In this document: positions 40,642 to 49,745 of the stretch, piece by piece | Position numbering within the stretch: position 1 is the stretch's first letter | Layout: every line of letters begins with the position of its first letter | Assembly: GCA_045593005.1 (NCBI GenBank) | Contig: JAZNVV010000038.1 | Span: 1,652-65,651, forward strand | DNA from: Christensenellaceae bacterium | Lineage (GTDB): Bacteria; Bacillota; Clostridia; Christensenellales; Borkfalkiaceae | Direction: 5' to 3' | DNA length: 64,000 nt | Notes under the pieces: generated by a model | Databases searched by the model: none | What the model was told of the DNA's origin: nothing | Seen by the model: the letters and a program-made list of their open reading frames with translations, nothing else | Made by a program: the position numbers and the translations under genes

Positions 40642-41682
40642 TTAAAGTTTTGTACCACATTCTGGACAGAATTTAGCGCCCGAAGATATTTCTGCACCAC
40701 ATTCTGGGCAAAATCTTTTAACGTTTAACTTTTGCCCACATTCTGGACAGAATTTAGCATCTGACGGAACGGTTGCCCCACAAGCGCATTTTCCACCTGA
40801 AATTTTAGCCTGTTTAGACGTGTCTTTTGCATCTTTCATAGCGTCGGCAAAAATTTGTCCCATGCCTGCGCCCATGCCCATGCCTACGCCTGCGCCCATA
40901 AAGCCACCCCCGACACCTGGGTTTTTAGCGGCATTTTTCATTGCGTCGGCTGCGGCAACCTTCATCATTGTACCAGTAGCGTCGGATAAAATACCGTAAC
41001 CACTTCTTTCATCAATTCTCTTTTCAACCTCTGCTGGAAGAGAAAGATTTTCAATCATAAGATTGACAAGTTTTAAGCCAAGTTCTTTGAATTTTGTTTG
41101 AACGTTCGCCTGAATTATCTGATTAAATTCAAGCGTATTAGCAGCCATATCAAGTACGGAAATACGACTTTCGCCGATAGCGTCGGTAATATAAGATACA
41201 AGCATAGATTTAAGCCAGCCTACAATATCTTCCGTTACAAACGACGAGTTCGTGCCAAAAAGTTCTTTTAAGAAAATTTCAACGTCGTCAACTTTAAACG
41301 AATATGAACCAAAACCCTTTACCCTAACCATACCAAATTCTGGATCGCGAATAATTATAGGATTAGACGTCCCCCACTTCATATTAGTGAACTGCTTAAC
41401 GTTTACGTAATAGATATCACAAGTAATAGGCGTTTGGAAACCATATCTCCAACCGGCTAATTTTGATAGGATAGGAAAAATATCCGTACCTAAATCGTAC
41501 GTGCCTGCAGGGAAAATATCACAAATTTGCCCCTTATGTACAAAAACAGCTTCTTGCGATTCTCTAACCACAAGTTTACTCTTATTATTAAGTTCTCTAC
41601 CACCTTTATCAAGTGGATATTTATAAACTAATGTATTTTTACTATTGTCAGACCATTCGATTATCCTTGAAAATAATGCCAT
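40642..41682 (-). CDS. SPFH-like (COG4260-type) protein with Gly/Met linker and triple C-terminal zinc ribbons
   Basis: Start moved to MALFSRIIEW..., preceded by an AGGGGGA SD. C-terminus reads CACG..CPECG..CPECG..CPECG. Confidence 0.7.
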   Translation of the reverse strand: MALFSRIIEWSDNSKNTLVYKYPLDKGGRELNNKSKLVVRESQEAVFVHKGQICDIFPAGTYDLGTDIFPILSKLAGWRYGFQTPITCDIYYVNVKQFTNMKWGTSNPIIIRDPEFGMVRVKGFGSYSFKVDDVEIFLKELFGTNSSFVTEDIVGWLKSMLVSYITDAIGESRISVLDMAANTLEFNQIIQANVQTKFKELGLKLVNLMIENLSLPAEVEKRIDERSGYGILSDATGTMMKVAAADAMKNAAKNPGVGGGFMGAGVGMGMGAGMGQIFADAMKDAKDTSKQAKISGGKCACGATVPSDAKFCPECGQKLNVKRFCPECGAEISSGAKFCPECGTKL

Positions 41683-41857
41683 AGTGTCCCCCTTCGTATT
41701 GCAAATCAACGCAATTTAACGTTATTTATGCAAATTTATATTTTTATTTTATAATTATACAATATAATTGTTTTTTTTGCAATATTTAAAATAAATTTTT
41801 TGCTCATTCCATTTACTTTTATCTTTTTTATTGTTATACTGTTAGGGATTTTAATAT

Positions 41858-41931
41858 GCAGGTGTAATTTAATGGTAAAATGGCTGCTTCCCAAGCAGCA
41901 TTCGAGGGTTCGATTCCCTTCACCTGCTCCA
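41858..41931 (+). tRNA. tRNA-Gly (anticodon CCC), CCA encoded
   Basis: Hand-folded cloverleaf. Acceptor GCAGGTG/CACCTGC, anticodon loop TTCCCAA, T-loop TTCGATT. 74 nt. Confidence 0.9.
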
Positions 41932-41932
41932 C

Positions 41933-42015
41933 GTGGATATGGCGAAATTGGCAGACGCGTAGGTCTCAGACTCCTATGGGCAACCTTGCAGGTTCAAGTC
42001 CTGTTATCCACACCA
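41933..42015 (+). tRNA. tRNA-Leu (anticodon CAG), type II with long variable arm, CCA encoded
   Basis: Acceptor GTGGATA/TATCCAC, D-loop AAATTGGCAGA, anticodon loop CTCAGAC (one U-U at the base of the stem), T-loop TTCAAGT. 83 nt. Confidence 0.8.
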
Positions 42016-42019
42016 AAAA

Positions 42020-42048
42020 TCAACAAGTCGTTACTTGTCGATTTTTTT
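42020..42048 (+). terminator. Intrinsic terminator after the tRNA pair
   Basis: Hairpin tcaacaagt-cgtt-acttgtcga followed by ttttttt. Confidence 0.8.
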
Positions 42049-42102
42049 ATTTGCAATCTAAATAAACTCATTGCGTTTTTCTTTACAAGGAATTGTTAAC
42101 TT

Positions 42103-42780
42103 ATGAAAAATCCATTAAAATACTTAAATAAAATTGACGTTACAATTTGGACATGCTCGCTGTTAGCGATACTTGTAACCTATTTTATTTTCGGTGGAAA
42201 CGCTCTATCTCTCGGCTCTTCCTTAATAGGCGTAACAACTTTAATATTTATGGCAAAAGGCGTCGTATTTGCACAGGTGCTTACGATAATTTTTTCCTTT
42301 TGCTATGGCGTTGTTTCATTAACGTTTAGATATTATGGTGAAATGATTACTTACGTCTTTATGGCTATGCCGATGGCTATACTTTCGCTTATAAGTTGGC
42401 TTAAACACCCTTATAAAGATACCAAAATCGTAGAAGTTCAAACGCCGTCTAAAAAAACAATCTTATCGCTTTTTTTATTAAGCATAATAGTTACGGCAAT
42501 TTTTTATTTTTTATTAAAACTTTTAAATACCCCCAACTTGATTGTTAGCACCGTGTCTATAACGACAAGTTTTTTAGCGGCAGGGTTTTCATATTTAAGA
42601 AGTCCCTACTACGCAATAGCCTACTGTTTCAACGACGTAATTTTAATAATTCTATGGATATTTGCATCATTTAGCGATATATCCTACGTTCCGTTAGTAA
42701 CTTGTTTTACCGTATTTTTATTCAACGACTTATACGGATTTTTTAGTTGGAATAAGATTAAAAATAGTCAGGCTGCATAA
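42103..42780 (+). CDS. pnuC: PnuC-like nicotinamide riboside transporter
   Basis: 225 aa with 7-8 TM helices. W-rich motifs (SWLK, FNDVILIILW, NDLYGFFSW) typical of PnuC. Confidence 0.6.
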   Translation: MKNPLKYLNKIDVTIWTCSLLAILVTYFIFGGNALSLGSSLIGVTTLIFMAKGVVFAQVLTIIFSFCYGVVSLTFRYYGEMITYVFMAMPMAILSLISWLKHPYKDTKIVEVQTPSKKTILSLFLLSIIVTAIFYFLLKLLNTPNLIVSTVSITTSFLAAGFSYLRSPYYAIAYCFNDVILIILWIFASFSDISYVPLVTCFTVFLFNDLYGFFSWNKIKNSQAA

Positions 42781-42836
42781 TATATACAGGGTTTTTTAAT
42801 TTAATTACACACGTAAAATATAATAAATGGTACATT

Positions 42837-42850
42837 TTGACAATACCGTT
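42837..42850 (-). repeat. 14-mer AACGGTATTGTCAA (read on the minus strand), identical to 55702-55715
   Basis: Exact 14-nt identity between two intergenic sites. Embedded in hairpin ggtaca(42829-34)/tgtacc(42863-68). Confidence 0.55.
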
Positions 42851-43035
42851 CTTATGCAAAAGTGTACCAACTAGACTTTTTAACTGATAAAGTTTAAGTT
42901 ATATGCTATAGTAATATTTTTTTGGATTAAATTATTTATTTTGGAAAAAACTAGAAAAATCTATCTAATAAATGATAAAATTGTTAAAAATTGCAGGGTA
43001 AAACGAAATTTTTAGTGATAAAATTCATTTTTTTA

Positions 43036-43064
43036 TTGACAAGTTGTATTAATAAGTATATAAT
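43036..43064 (+). promoter_or_regulatory. Consensus sigma-70 promoter
   Basis: TTGACA (43036-41), 17 nt spacer, TATAAT (43059-64), 33 nt upstream of the ATG at 43098. Confidence 0.7.
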
Positions 43065-43097
43065 ATAAACGGACTAAAGTTCATAAGGAGATTTATT

Positions 43098-43586
43098 ATG
43101 CCTAATTACGTAGTTAAAATGAGCGTTTGGAAAGTGCTCAAATTTTGGAAACTTATTCTTATTGCCGGTCTTATCGTTGCTGGTCTTGTTCTTCCAACAG
43201 CACTTAATTTAACTGGCACAGCTGCTACGCTTGCAATGGTTCTTCCTATTGCGATAGGCAGTCTTTGGTTTTTAAAACTTATATGCAAAATTATTTCTAA
43301 CGCTTGCATTTCTATTGAATTTTATGACGATAAAATTGTTCAAAAGAGAGGCGTTTTTGCTAGATATGAAAGACAAATGGCTTTCTTTGGCGTTAAAACA
43401 GTAAGCATCTATAAAACTTTCCGTGCAAGAATTTTTGGCTACGGTGACATTATTATGGATAACTTTGGTGGTGACGACCTTGACGTTGATACCGTAGGTA
43501 TTAGAAGACCAGAAAAGTTAAAACAATATCTTGAAAGCGTTATGGAAGACGACTTAAATAAAGTTAGCCACGTATTTGGTTCTTAA
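43098..43586 (+). CDS. Membrane protein with bacterial PH (bPH_2/YdbT-like) domain
   Basis: 162 aa. Two TM helices followed by ...GVFARYERQMAFFGVKTVSIYKTFRARIFGYGDIIMD. Confidence 0.55.
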   Translation: MPNYVVKMSVWKVLKFWKLILIAGLIVAGLVLPTALNLTGTAATLAMVLPIAIGSLWFLKLICKIISNACISIEFYDDKIVQKRGVFARYERQMAFFGVKTVSIYKTFRARIFGYGDIIMDNFGGDDLDVDTVGIRRPEKLKQYLESVMEDDLNKVSHVFGS

Positions 43587-43607
43587 TCATATAAATATGT
43601 ATGTATT

Positions 43608-43638
43608 ATCCCACTCTTTTTGAGTGGGATTTTTTTTA
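43608..43638 (+). terminator. Intrinsic terminator
   Basis: Hairpin atcccactc-tttttg-agtgggat followed by tttttttt. Confidence 0.8.
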
Positions 43639-43713
43639 TTTTAATCAATTATAATATTTTAAAATACGTCAATACGCCTTGAAATTATTCCTTTATAGTG
43701 TTAAAATATTTAT

Positions 43714-44193
43714 ATGAGCAAACTTGTAAAAACTAACGCAATGCGTGCGCTTGACGTTGCTAAAATTGAATACGACACTTCCTCTTACGACGTTGATGAG
43801 AGTGACCTTTCAGGCGTTCACGCCGCAAAGGAACTTGGTATTGAGCCGGAAGTTATGTTCAAAACTCTTGTTACTAAAAACGACAAGGGCGAGCCTAAAG
43901 TTTTTCTTATTTCCGTTGCAGAAGAATTAGACCTTAAAAAGTGCGCTGTTGCATCAAACGATAAACGTGTTGAACTTATACCTGTAAAGGAACTTTTGCC
44001 ACTCACAGGCTACGTTAGAGGTGGTTGCTCCCCTATCGGAATGAAGAAAAAATTCCCTACTTTTATAGACGAAACGGCAATTCTTTTTGATAAAATTTAC
44101 GTTAGCGCAGGTATGCGTGGCGTTCAAATTATTATTAACCCTAACGAACTTAAAGACTTTGTAAAAGCCAAATATTGTGATATTACTAAATAA
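43714..44193 (+). CDS. ybaK: Cys-tRNA(Pro)/Cys-tRNA(Cys) deacylase YbaK
   Basis: 159 aa. KTL..K motif and GY.RGGCSP.G motif. Confidence 0.85.
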   Translation: MSKLVKTNAMRALDVAKIEYDTSSYDVDESDLSGVHAAKELGIEPEVMFKTLVTKNDKGEPKVFLISVAEELDLKKCAVASNDKRVELIPVKELLPLTGYVRGGCSPIGMKKKFPTFIDETAILFDKIYVSAGMRGVQIIINPNELKDFVKAKYCDITK

Positions 44194-44202
44194 GGAGATA
44201 TT

Positions 44203-44739
44203 ATGCAAAATTTTTTAATTGTTGTAGATATGCAAAACGATTTTATTGACGGAGCGCTAGGTAGTGTCGAGGCTGTAAAAATTGTGGAAAACGTTAAAAA
44301 GAGAATTGAATATGCTTTTTCTATCGGGGAAATTGTTATCTTTACAAGAGATACTCATACAAACGATTATCTTACCACGCAAGAAGGTGTAAAATTACCA
44401 GTTAAACATTGTATTTTTGGCACGGAAGGCTGGCAAATTTGCAATCAGCTTAAACCGTTTGCATCAAAAAGTATGATTATTGATAAACCGACTTTTGGTA
44501 GCGTTAAACTTGCCGAAATAATTAAAAACGCTAACGACATCGAGCCTATCGGTAAGGTTACGCTTTTAGGTTTATGCACGGATATTTGCGTAATTTCTAA
44601 CGCAATGCTTATAAAAAATACTTTACCGGAAATTGCCGTTTGTGTTGACGCAAGTTGTTCGGCAGGCGTTACGGTGGAAAGCCACTTAAACGCTTTATCT
44701 GCTATGAAAATGTGTCAAATTGAAATTGAAAACGAATAA
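44203..44739 (+). CDS. Isochorismatase-family cysteine hydrolase (nicotinamidase PncA-like)
   Basis: 178 aa. VVDMQNDF, K, and the catalytic Cys in GLCTDICV. Confidence 0.75.
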   Translation: MQNFLIVVDMQNDFIDGALGSVEAVKIVENVKKRIEYAFSIGEIVIFTRDTHTNDYLTTQEGVKLPVKHCIFGTEGWQICNQLKPFASKSMIIDKPTFGSVKLAEIIKNANDIEPIGKVTLLGLCTDICVISNAMLIKNTLPEIAVCVDASCSAGVTVESHLNALSAMKMCQIEIENE

Positions 44740-44755
44740 GAACAAAGGTTAAAAT

Positions 44756-45541
44756 ATGAACAATGTCAATAAAACTTTATATATTCCTTTATTCGGCAAA
44801 GCGTACGTAAGCAAAAAAGGGCTATTTTTAAGCGACACGAAGGCAGAGGAAATTTGGGAAACGGCAAAATTCCCCTTAAAAGGAAAATCCAAATCTAAAT
44901 GGCTTGCCTATTATATGGGCATTCGCGCTGCCGTTTTCGACGAATGGTTAAAAGATAAAATCGCCAAAAACGAGAACGCCGTGATAATTCATATCGGTTG
45001 TGGATTAGATAGTCGCAACCTACGGGTTGGGACGAAAGGTTGTAAATGGTACGATATAGATTTTTTTGACGTTATAAAAGAAAGAAAACGTTATTATAAT
45101 GAAGATATAAACTATAAAATGATTGCAGGCGACGCAAGAGATTGCGAATGGCTGTCGAGTATTAACGAAAATTCTAACGCCATAGTCGTTATGGAAGGCG
45201 TAAGTATGTATTTGACTAATGAAGAACTTAAAAAACTAACGGAAAATTTAAGTTCACGGTTCTCAAAGCTTTCGCTATTAGTTGACTGTTATAGTTTATT
45301 TGCAGCAAAGATGTCTAAACGTAAAAACCCTATAAACGACGTGAGTGTTACGAAAGTTTACGGTTTAGATAATCCACTTATACTTCAAAACGAAAATTTT
45401 TCGTTCGTAACCGAACGCGCTATGACACCTGAAAAATATATAAATGAGTTAAAAAATTTTGAAAAGTTTGTTTTTAGCAAGCTTTACGCAGGTGGTATTT
45501 CTAAAAAATTATATCGACTATTTGAATACGAAAAGTCGTAA
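44756..45541 (+). CDS. Class I SAM-dependent methyltransferase (LCMT/TcmP-like)
   Basis: 261 aa. The IIHIGCGLDSR motif is typical of leucine carboxyl / O-methyltransferase family proteins. Confidence 0.65.
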   Translation: MNNVNKTLYIPLFGKAYVSKKGLFLSDTKAEEIWETAKFPLKGKSKSKWLAYYMGIRAAVFDEWLKDKIAKNENAVIIHIGCGLDSRNLRVGTKGCKWYDIDFFDVIKERKRYYNEDINYKMIAGDARDCEWLSSINENSNAIVVMEGVSMYLTNEELKKLTENLSSRFSKLSLLVDCYSLFAAKMSKRKNPINDVSVTKVYGLDNPLILQNENFSFVTERAMTPEKYINELKNFEKFVFSKLYAGGISKKLYRLFEYEKS

Positions 45542-45561
45542 AATAAAATTTTGTAACAAAA

Positions 45562-45587
45562 AAGAGCGTAAAAACACGCTCTTTTTT
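45562..45587. terminator. Bidirectional intrinsic terminator (methyltransferase / gdhA)
   Basis: Hairpin aagagcgt-aaaaac-acgctctt flanked by A and T runs. Confidence 0.8.
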
Positions 45588-45600
45588 AATTTTTAATTTA

Positions 45601-46971
<1,371 letters not shown>

Positions 46972-47056
46972 TTACTAATTAATTATATCACTATTTTTTT
47001 TCTATGAAAAGAATTTGAAAATACTTTTTTAAATTTTTTTAAATTAAATTAAAAAT

Positions 47057-47079
47057 GGACGGCAATCCGTCCGTTTTTT
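47057..47079. terminator. GC-rich hairpin with T-runs on both strands, at the gdhA-proximal edge of the repeat array
   Basis: ggacgg-caat-ccgtcc. The plus strand continues gtttttt and the minus strand continues attttt. Confidence 0.65.
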
Positions 47080-47082
47080 ATA

Positions 47083-47463
47083 AAGTTTATATCATAACGT
47101 TAAACGATTTAGAAACGAGCAGAACAAGGCTCGTGAGTTAAAACAGATGAGATAGAACGTCTATTCATCAAAGTTGTTTTAACGAAACAGCGAACGCCGT
47201 TATGCGAAGTTTATATCATAACGTTAAACGATTTAGAAACGAGTGTGAGTAGGCTCGACAAGTTGTGGGATGAGTTAGACCGTCTGGTCAACGAAGTTGT
47301 TTTAACGAAACAGCAAACGCCGTTATGCGAAGTTTATATCACAACGTTAAACGATTTAGAAACGAGCAAAACAAGGCTCGTGAGTTAAAACAGATGAGAT
47401 AGAACGTCTGTTCATCGAAGTTGTTTTAACGAAACAGCAAACGCCGTTATGCGAAGTTTATAA
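47083..47463. repeat. Tandem array of 3 full copies (47083-47206, 47207-47329, 47330-47453) plus a decayed fourth start of a 123-124 nt non-coding unit
   Basis: By direct alignment, copies 1 and 3 differ at 5 positions. Copy 2 shares the first 37 nt and last 36 nt but has a diverged central 50 nt. Each unit carries inverted repeats. Confidence 0.9.
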
Positions 47464-47468
47464 ATCGT

Positions 47469-48557
47469 TTAAAAACAGTGTTGTAAATCAACCAGTATAG
47501 CAAACCCTATTAGTAAAATAAAACCAACGGTGTGAATAATAGCTTCTATCTTTCTGTTAACTGGTTTGCCACGAACCCACTCTATGGTAGTAAAAATGAC
47601 TTTTGAGCCATCTAGCGCAGGAATAGGCAATAGATTGAATACGGCAAGATTGACACCGATAAGTGCCGTTATTTGCAATAGGTATGAAAGCCCATACATT
47701 TGAACGCCTTGCGCCGTTGTTGTGATTGTCGTAACAGTTCCACCCATTGCAGTTAACCCTAACTTACCCGTTAGTAATTGACATAAAACGGTGAATATAG
47801 TTCCACCTAATTTAAATGTATATTCGAAAGTTCTACCGACTGACTCAAAAAAGCCAAACCTTACCGTTACGCCTTGCATAGCAGGTACGCCAAGCTTGCG
47901 TAAAGTCTGTTTTGTAGACTCAATACTTTCTATTTTGTCATCATTTAACGATACCGTTAATGCCTTTTTTTGACCATCACGCATTACAACTACTTCCACG
48001 GTGTCGCCTGCATCCTTGTCGTCAATAACAGCCATAACGTCGGTCAATAGGTAAATATTTCTACCGTCAATGGACACTAAAACGTCGTTTTCTTCAAACG
48101 GGGCAGACAGTTGCATTAATTCGCCACCATCTGGCTGGTAGGACATAACTTTATAAGTAGGGCTACCGTAAAAGCCTATAAACATAGCGGCAAAAACTAT
48201 AGCCGTTAAAAAATTCATAGTAGCGCCGGCAATTAAAACTAATATGCGTTGCCACGGTTTTTTTGAATTGAAATCACCTTCGGAAACAGCATCAGTTTCT
48301 TCACCGGCAAAAGCGCAATAACCACCGAGTGGAATAAGCCTTACTGCGAAAAGTTCACCGTCTTTTTTTTGACGTTTATATATAGCAGGGCCAAATCCTA
48401 TCGAAAATTCGTTTATTTTAAATTTGAAAATTTTGCCGACGATATAGTGGCCAAATTCGTGCACCGTAATCATTATAAGCAAAACAAGTAATGCTATTAA
48501 AATATACAGCACGTACGACATAACACCTTTAACGCCGTTTAATAATAAAAAGTTCAT
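47469..48557 (-). CDS. rseP: RIP metalloprotease RseP (site-2 protease, M50)
   Basis: 362 aa. HEFGHY zinc motif, PDZ region and LPIPALDGS motif. Confidence 0.93.
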   Translation of the reverse strand: MNFLLLNGVKGVMSYVLYILIALLVLLIMITVHEFGHYIVGKIFKFKINEFSIGFGPAIYKRQKKDGELFAVRLIPLGGYCAFAGEETDAVSEGDFNSKKPWQRILVLIAGATMNFLTAIVFAAMFIGFYGSPTYKVMSYQPDGGELMQLSAPFEENDVLVSIDGRNIYLLTDVMAVIDDKDAGDTVEVVVMRDGQKKALTVSLNDDKIESIESTKQTLRKLGVPAMQGVTVRFGFFESVGRTFEYTFKLGGTIFTVLCQLLTGKLGLTAMGGTVTTITTTAQGVQMYGLSYLLQITALIGVNLAVFNLLPIPALDGSKVIFTTIEWVRGKPVNRKIEAIIHTVGFILLIGFAILVDLQHCF

Positions 48558-48568
48558 TTTACTCCGTA

Positions 48569-49699
48569 CTAATCAATTTTACTCTGGGCAAATTCTCTCG
48601 CCCAAGCGTCAGCATCTTCTATCGCCGACAGAGAATAATCCACTCTATTAGTATATGCGTTTAACGCCCCGTCTATGAGTGAATAAAAATCTTTATATAC
48701 TATCTTCCCTTTCAAGAAAGCGTCAACGGCAACCTCATTAACGGCATTTACAACGGCAGGATATAACCCACCTTTTTTACCAGCCGTAACAACAGCGTCA
48801 AAACAAGGAAATTTGTTCTTGTCAATTTCTTCAAAATGCAAAGAGGATAGTTTAGCAAAATCAAGCGAAGGCACGTTTGAAGACAGTCTTAAACTCTTAT
48901 CGAGCGCCAACGCAATAGGAATTTCCATCGTTGGATAAGACATTTGCGCTATCACAGAATTATCATCAAATTCAACCATTGAGTGAATAATACTTTCACG
49001 GTGAATTATAGCGTCAATTTTAGAATAATCAACGTCGTAAAGCCAGCGAGCCTCTATAACTTCAAACGCTTTGTTTACAAGCGTTGCACAGTCAATAGTT
49101 ATTTTATCGCCCATATTCCAGTTGGGGTGTTTAAGAGCCTGTTTTGCTGTTGCAGTTTCAATCTCACCAACGCTAAAATCTCTAAAAGCCCCACCACTTG
49201 CCGTTAAAATAAGTCTTTTGAAAGGTTTATTATAATCAAAATTTAACGCCTGCCAAATAGCGCTGTGTTCGCTGTCTATCGGATAAATATTTACCCCTGC
49301 TTTTTTAGCAAGCGACGTAACAAGTTCCCCACCAACGACAAGGCTTTCTTTATTAGCTAAAGCAACGTCTTTTTTAAGTTCAATCGCTTTTAGTACTGCT
49401 TTTAGCCCGGCGTATCCAACAACTGAAACGACAACGATATCAGCATCAGATATTACGGCGTTTAAATAGGCGTCTTTGCCGGTAAAAAATTCTGCTTTAT
49501 ACGGAACAACAAACCCGTCCGGCGCATAGTCAAGCGCGCAGACGGCTGGTTTAAACTCTATTATTTGATTTAAAAAACTACGGGCGTTTTTATGCGCAGA
49601 CATTGAAACAATCGAAAACTTTTCAGGGTTTCTTCTAACAACGTTGAGCACCTGCGTCCCTATTGAGCCCGTACTTCCTATAAGTGCTATTTTTTTCAT
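48569..49699 (-). CDS. dxr: 1-deoxy-D-xylulose 5-phosphate reductoisomerase
   Basis: 376 aa. GSTGSIG NADPH motif, and DSEHSA and NKG-type motifs. Confidence 0.96.
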   Translation of the reverse strand: MKKIALIGSTGSIGTQVLNVVRRNPEKFSIVSMSAHKNARSFLNQIIEFKPAVCALDYAPDGFVVPYKAEFFTGKDAYLNAVISDADIVVVSVVGYAGLKAVLKAIELKKDVALANKESLVVGGELVTSLAKKAGVNIYPIDSEHSAIWQALNFDYNKPFKRLILTASGGAFRDFSVGEIETATAKQALKHPNWNMGDKITIDCATLVNKAFEVIEARWLYDVDYSKIDAIIHRESIIHSMVEFDDNSVIAQMSYPTMEIPIALALDKSLRLSSNVPSLDFAKLSSLHFEEIDKNKFPCFDAVVTAGKKGGLYPAVVNAVNEVAVDAFLKGKIVYKDFYSLIDGALNAYTNRVDYSLSAIEDADAWAREFAQSKID

Positions 49700-49710
49700 T
49701 TACAGTTCGA

Positions 49711-49735
49711 TTTCGCGCTTAACGGTAGCGCGAAA
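49711..49735 (+). repeat. Dispersed 16-nt motif copy 3 inside a perfect 8-bp hairpin (tttcgcgc-ttaacggta-gcgcgaaa)
   Basis: Motif TAACGGTAGCGCGAAA at 49720-49735. Lies in the 46-nt cdsA-dxr spacer. Confidence 0.65.
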
Positions 49736-49745
49736 CACTTCCTTT

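Noticed and set aside
42004-42012. Perfect DnaA box TTATCCACA
   Set aside because: It lies inside the T-arm and acceptor stem of tRNA-Leu. It is a single isolated box with no AT-rich unwinding element or dnaA/dnaN nearby.
41800-42099. Track ORFs of 99 aa and 61 aa on the plus strand
   Set aside because: They run straight through tRNA-Gly and tRNA-Leu, so they are artefacts of tRNA sequence.
47143-47176. Hammerhead-ribozyme-like core (CAGATGAG ... stem ... CGAAG) inside the repeat unit
   Set aside because: The essential U4 of CUGAUGA is an A. The GAAA element reads CAAAG or CGAAG. The GATGA segment pairs with TCATC in a simple hairpin instead. No stem I/III arrangement or cleavage-site context can be drawn.
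47083-47463. CRISPR array interpretation of the tandem repeat (conserved flanks with a variable centre)
   Set aside because: The period is 123-124 nt. The would-be spacers of units 1 and 3 are nearly identical, and unit 2 is clearly a diverged homologue rather than foreign sequence. There are only 3 units and no cas genes in the window.
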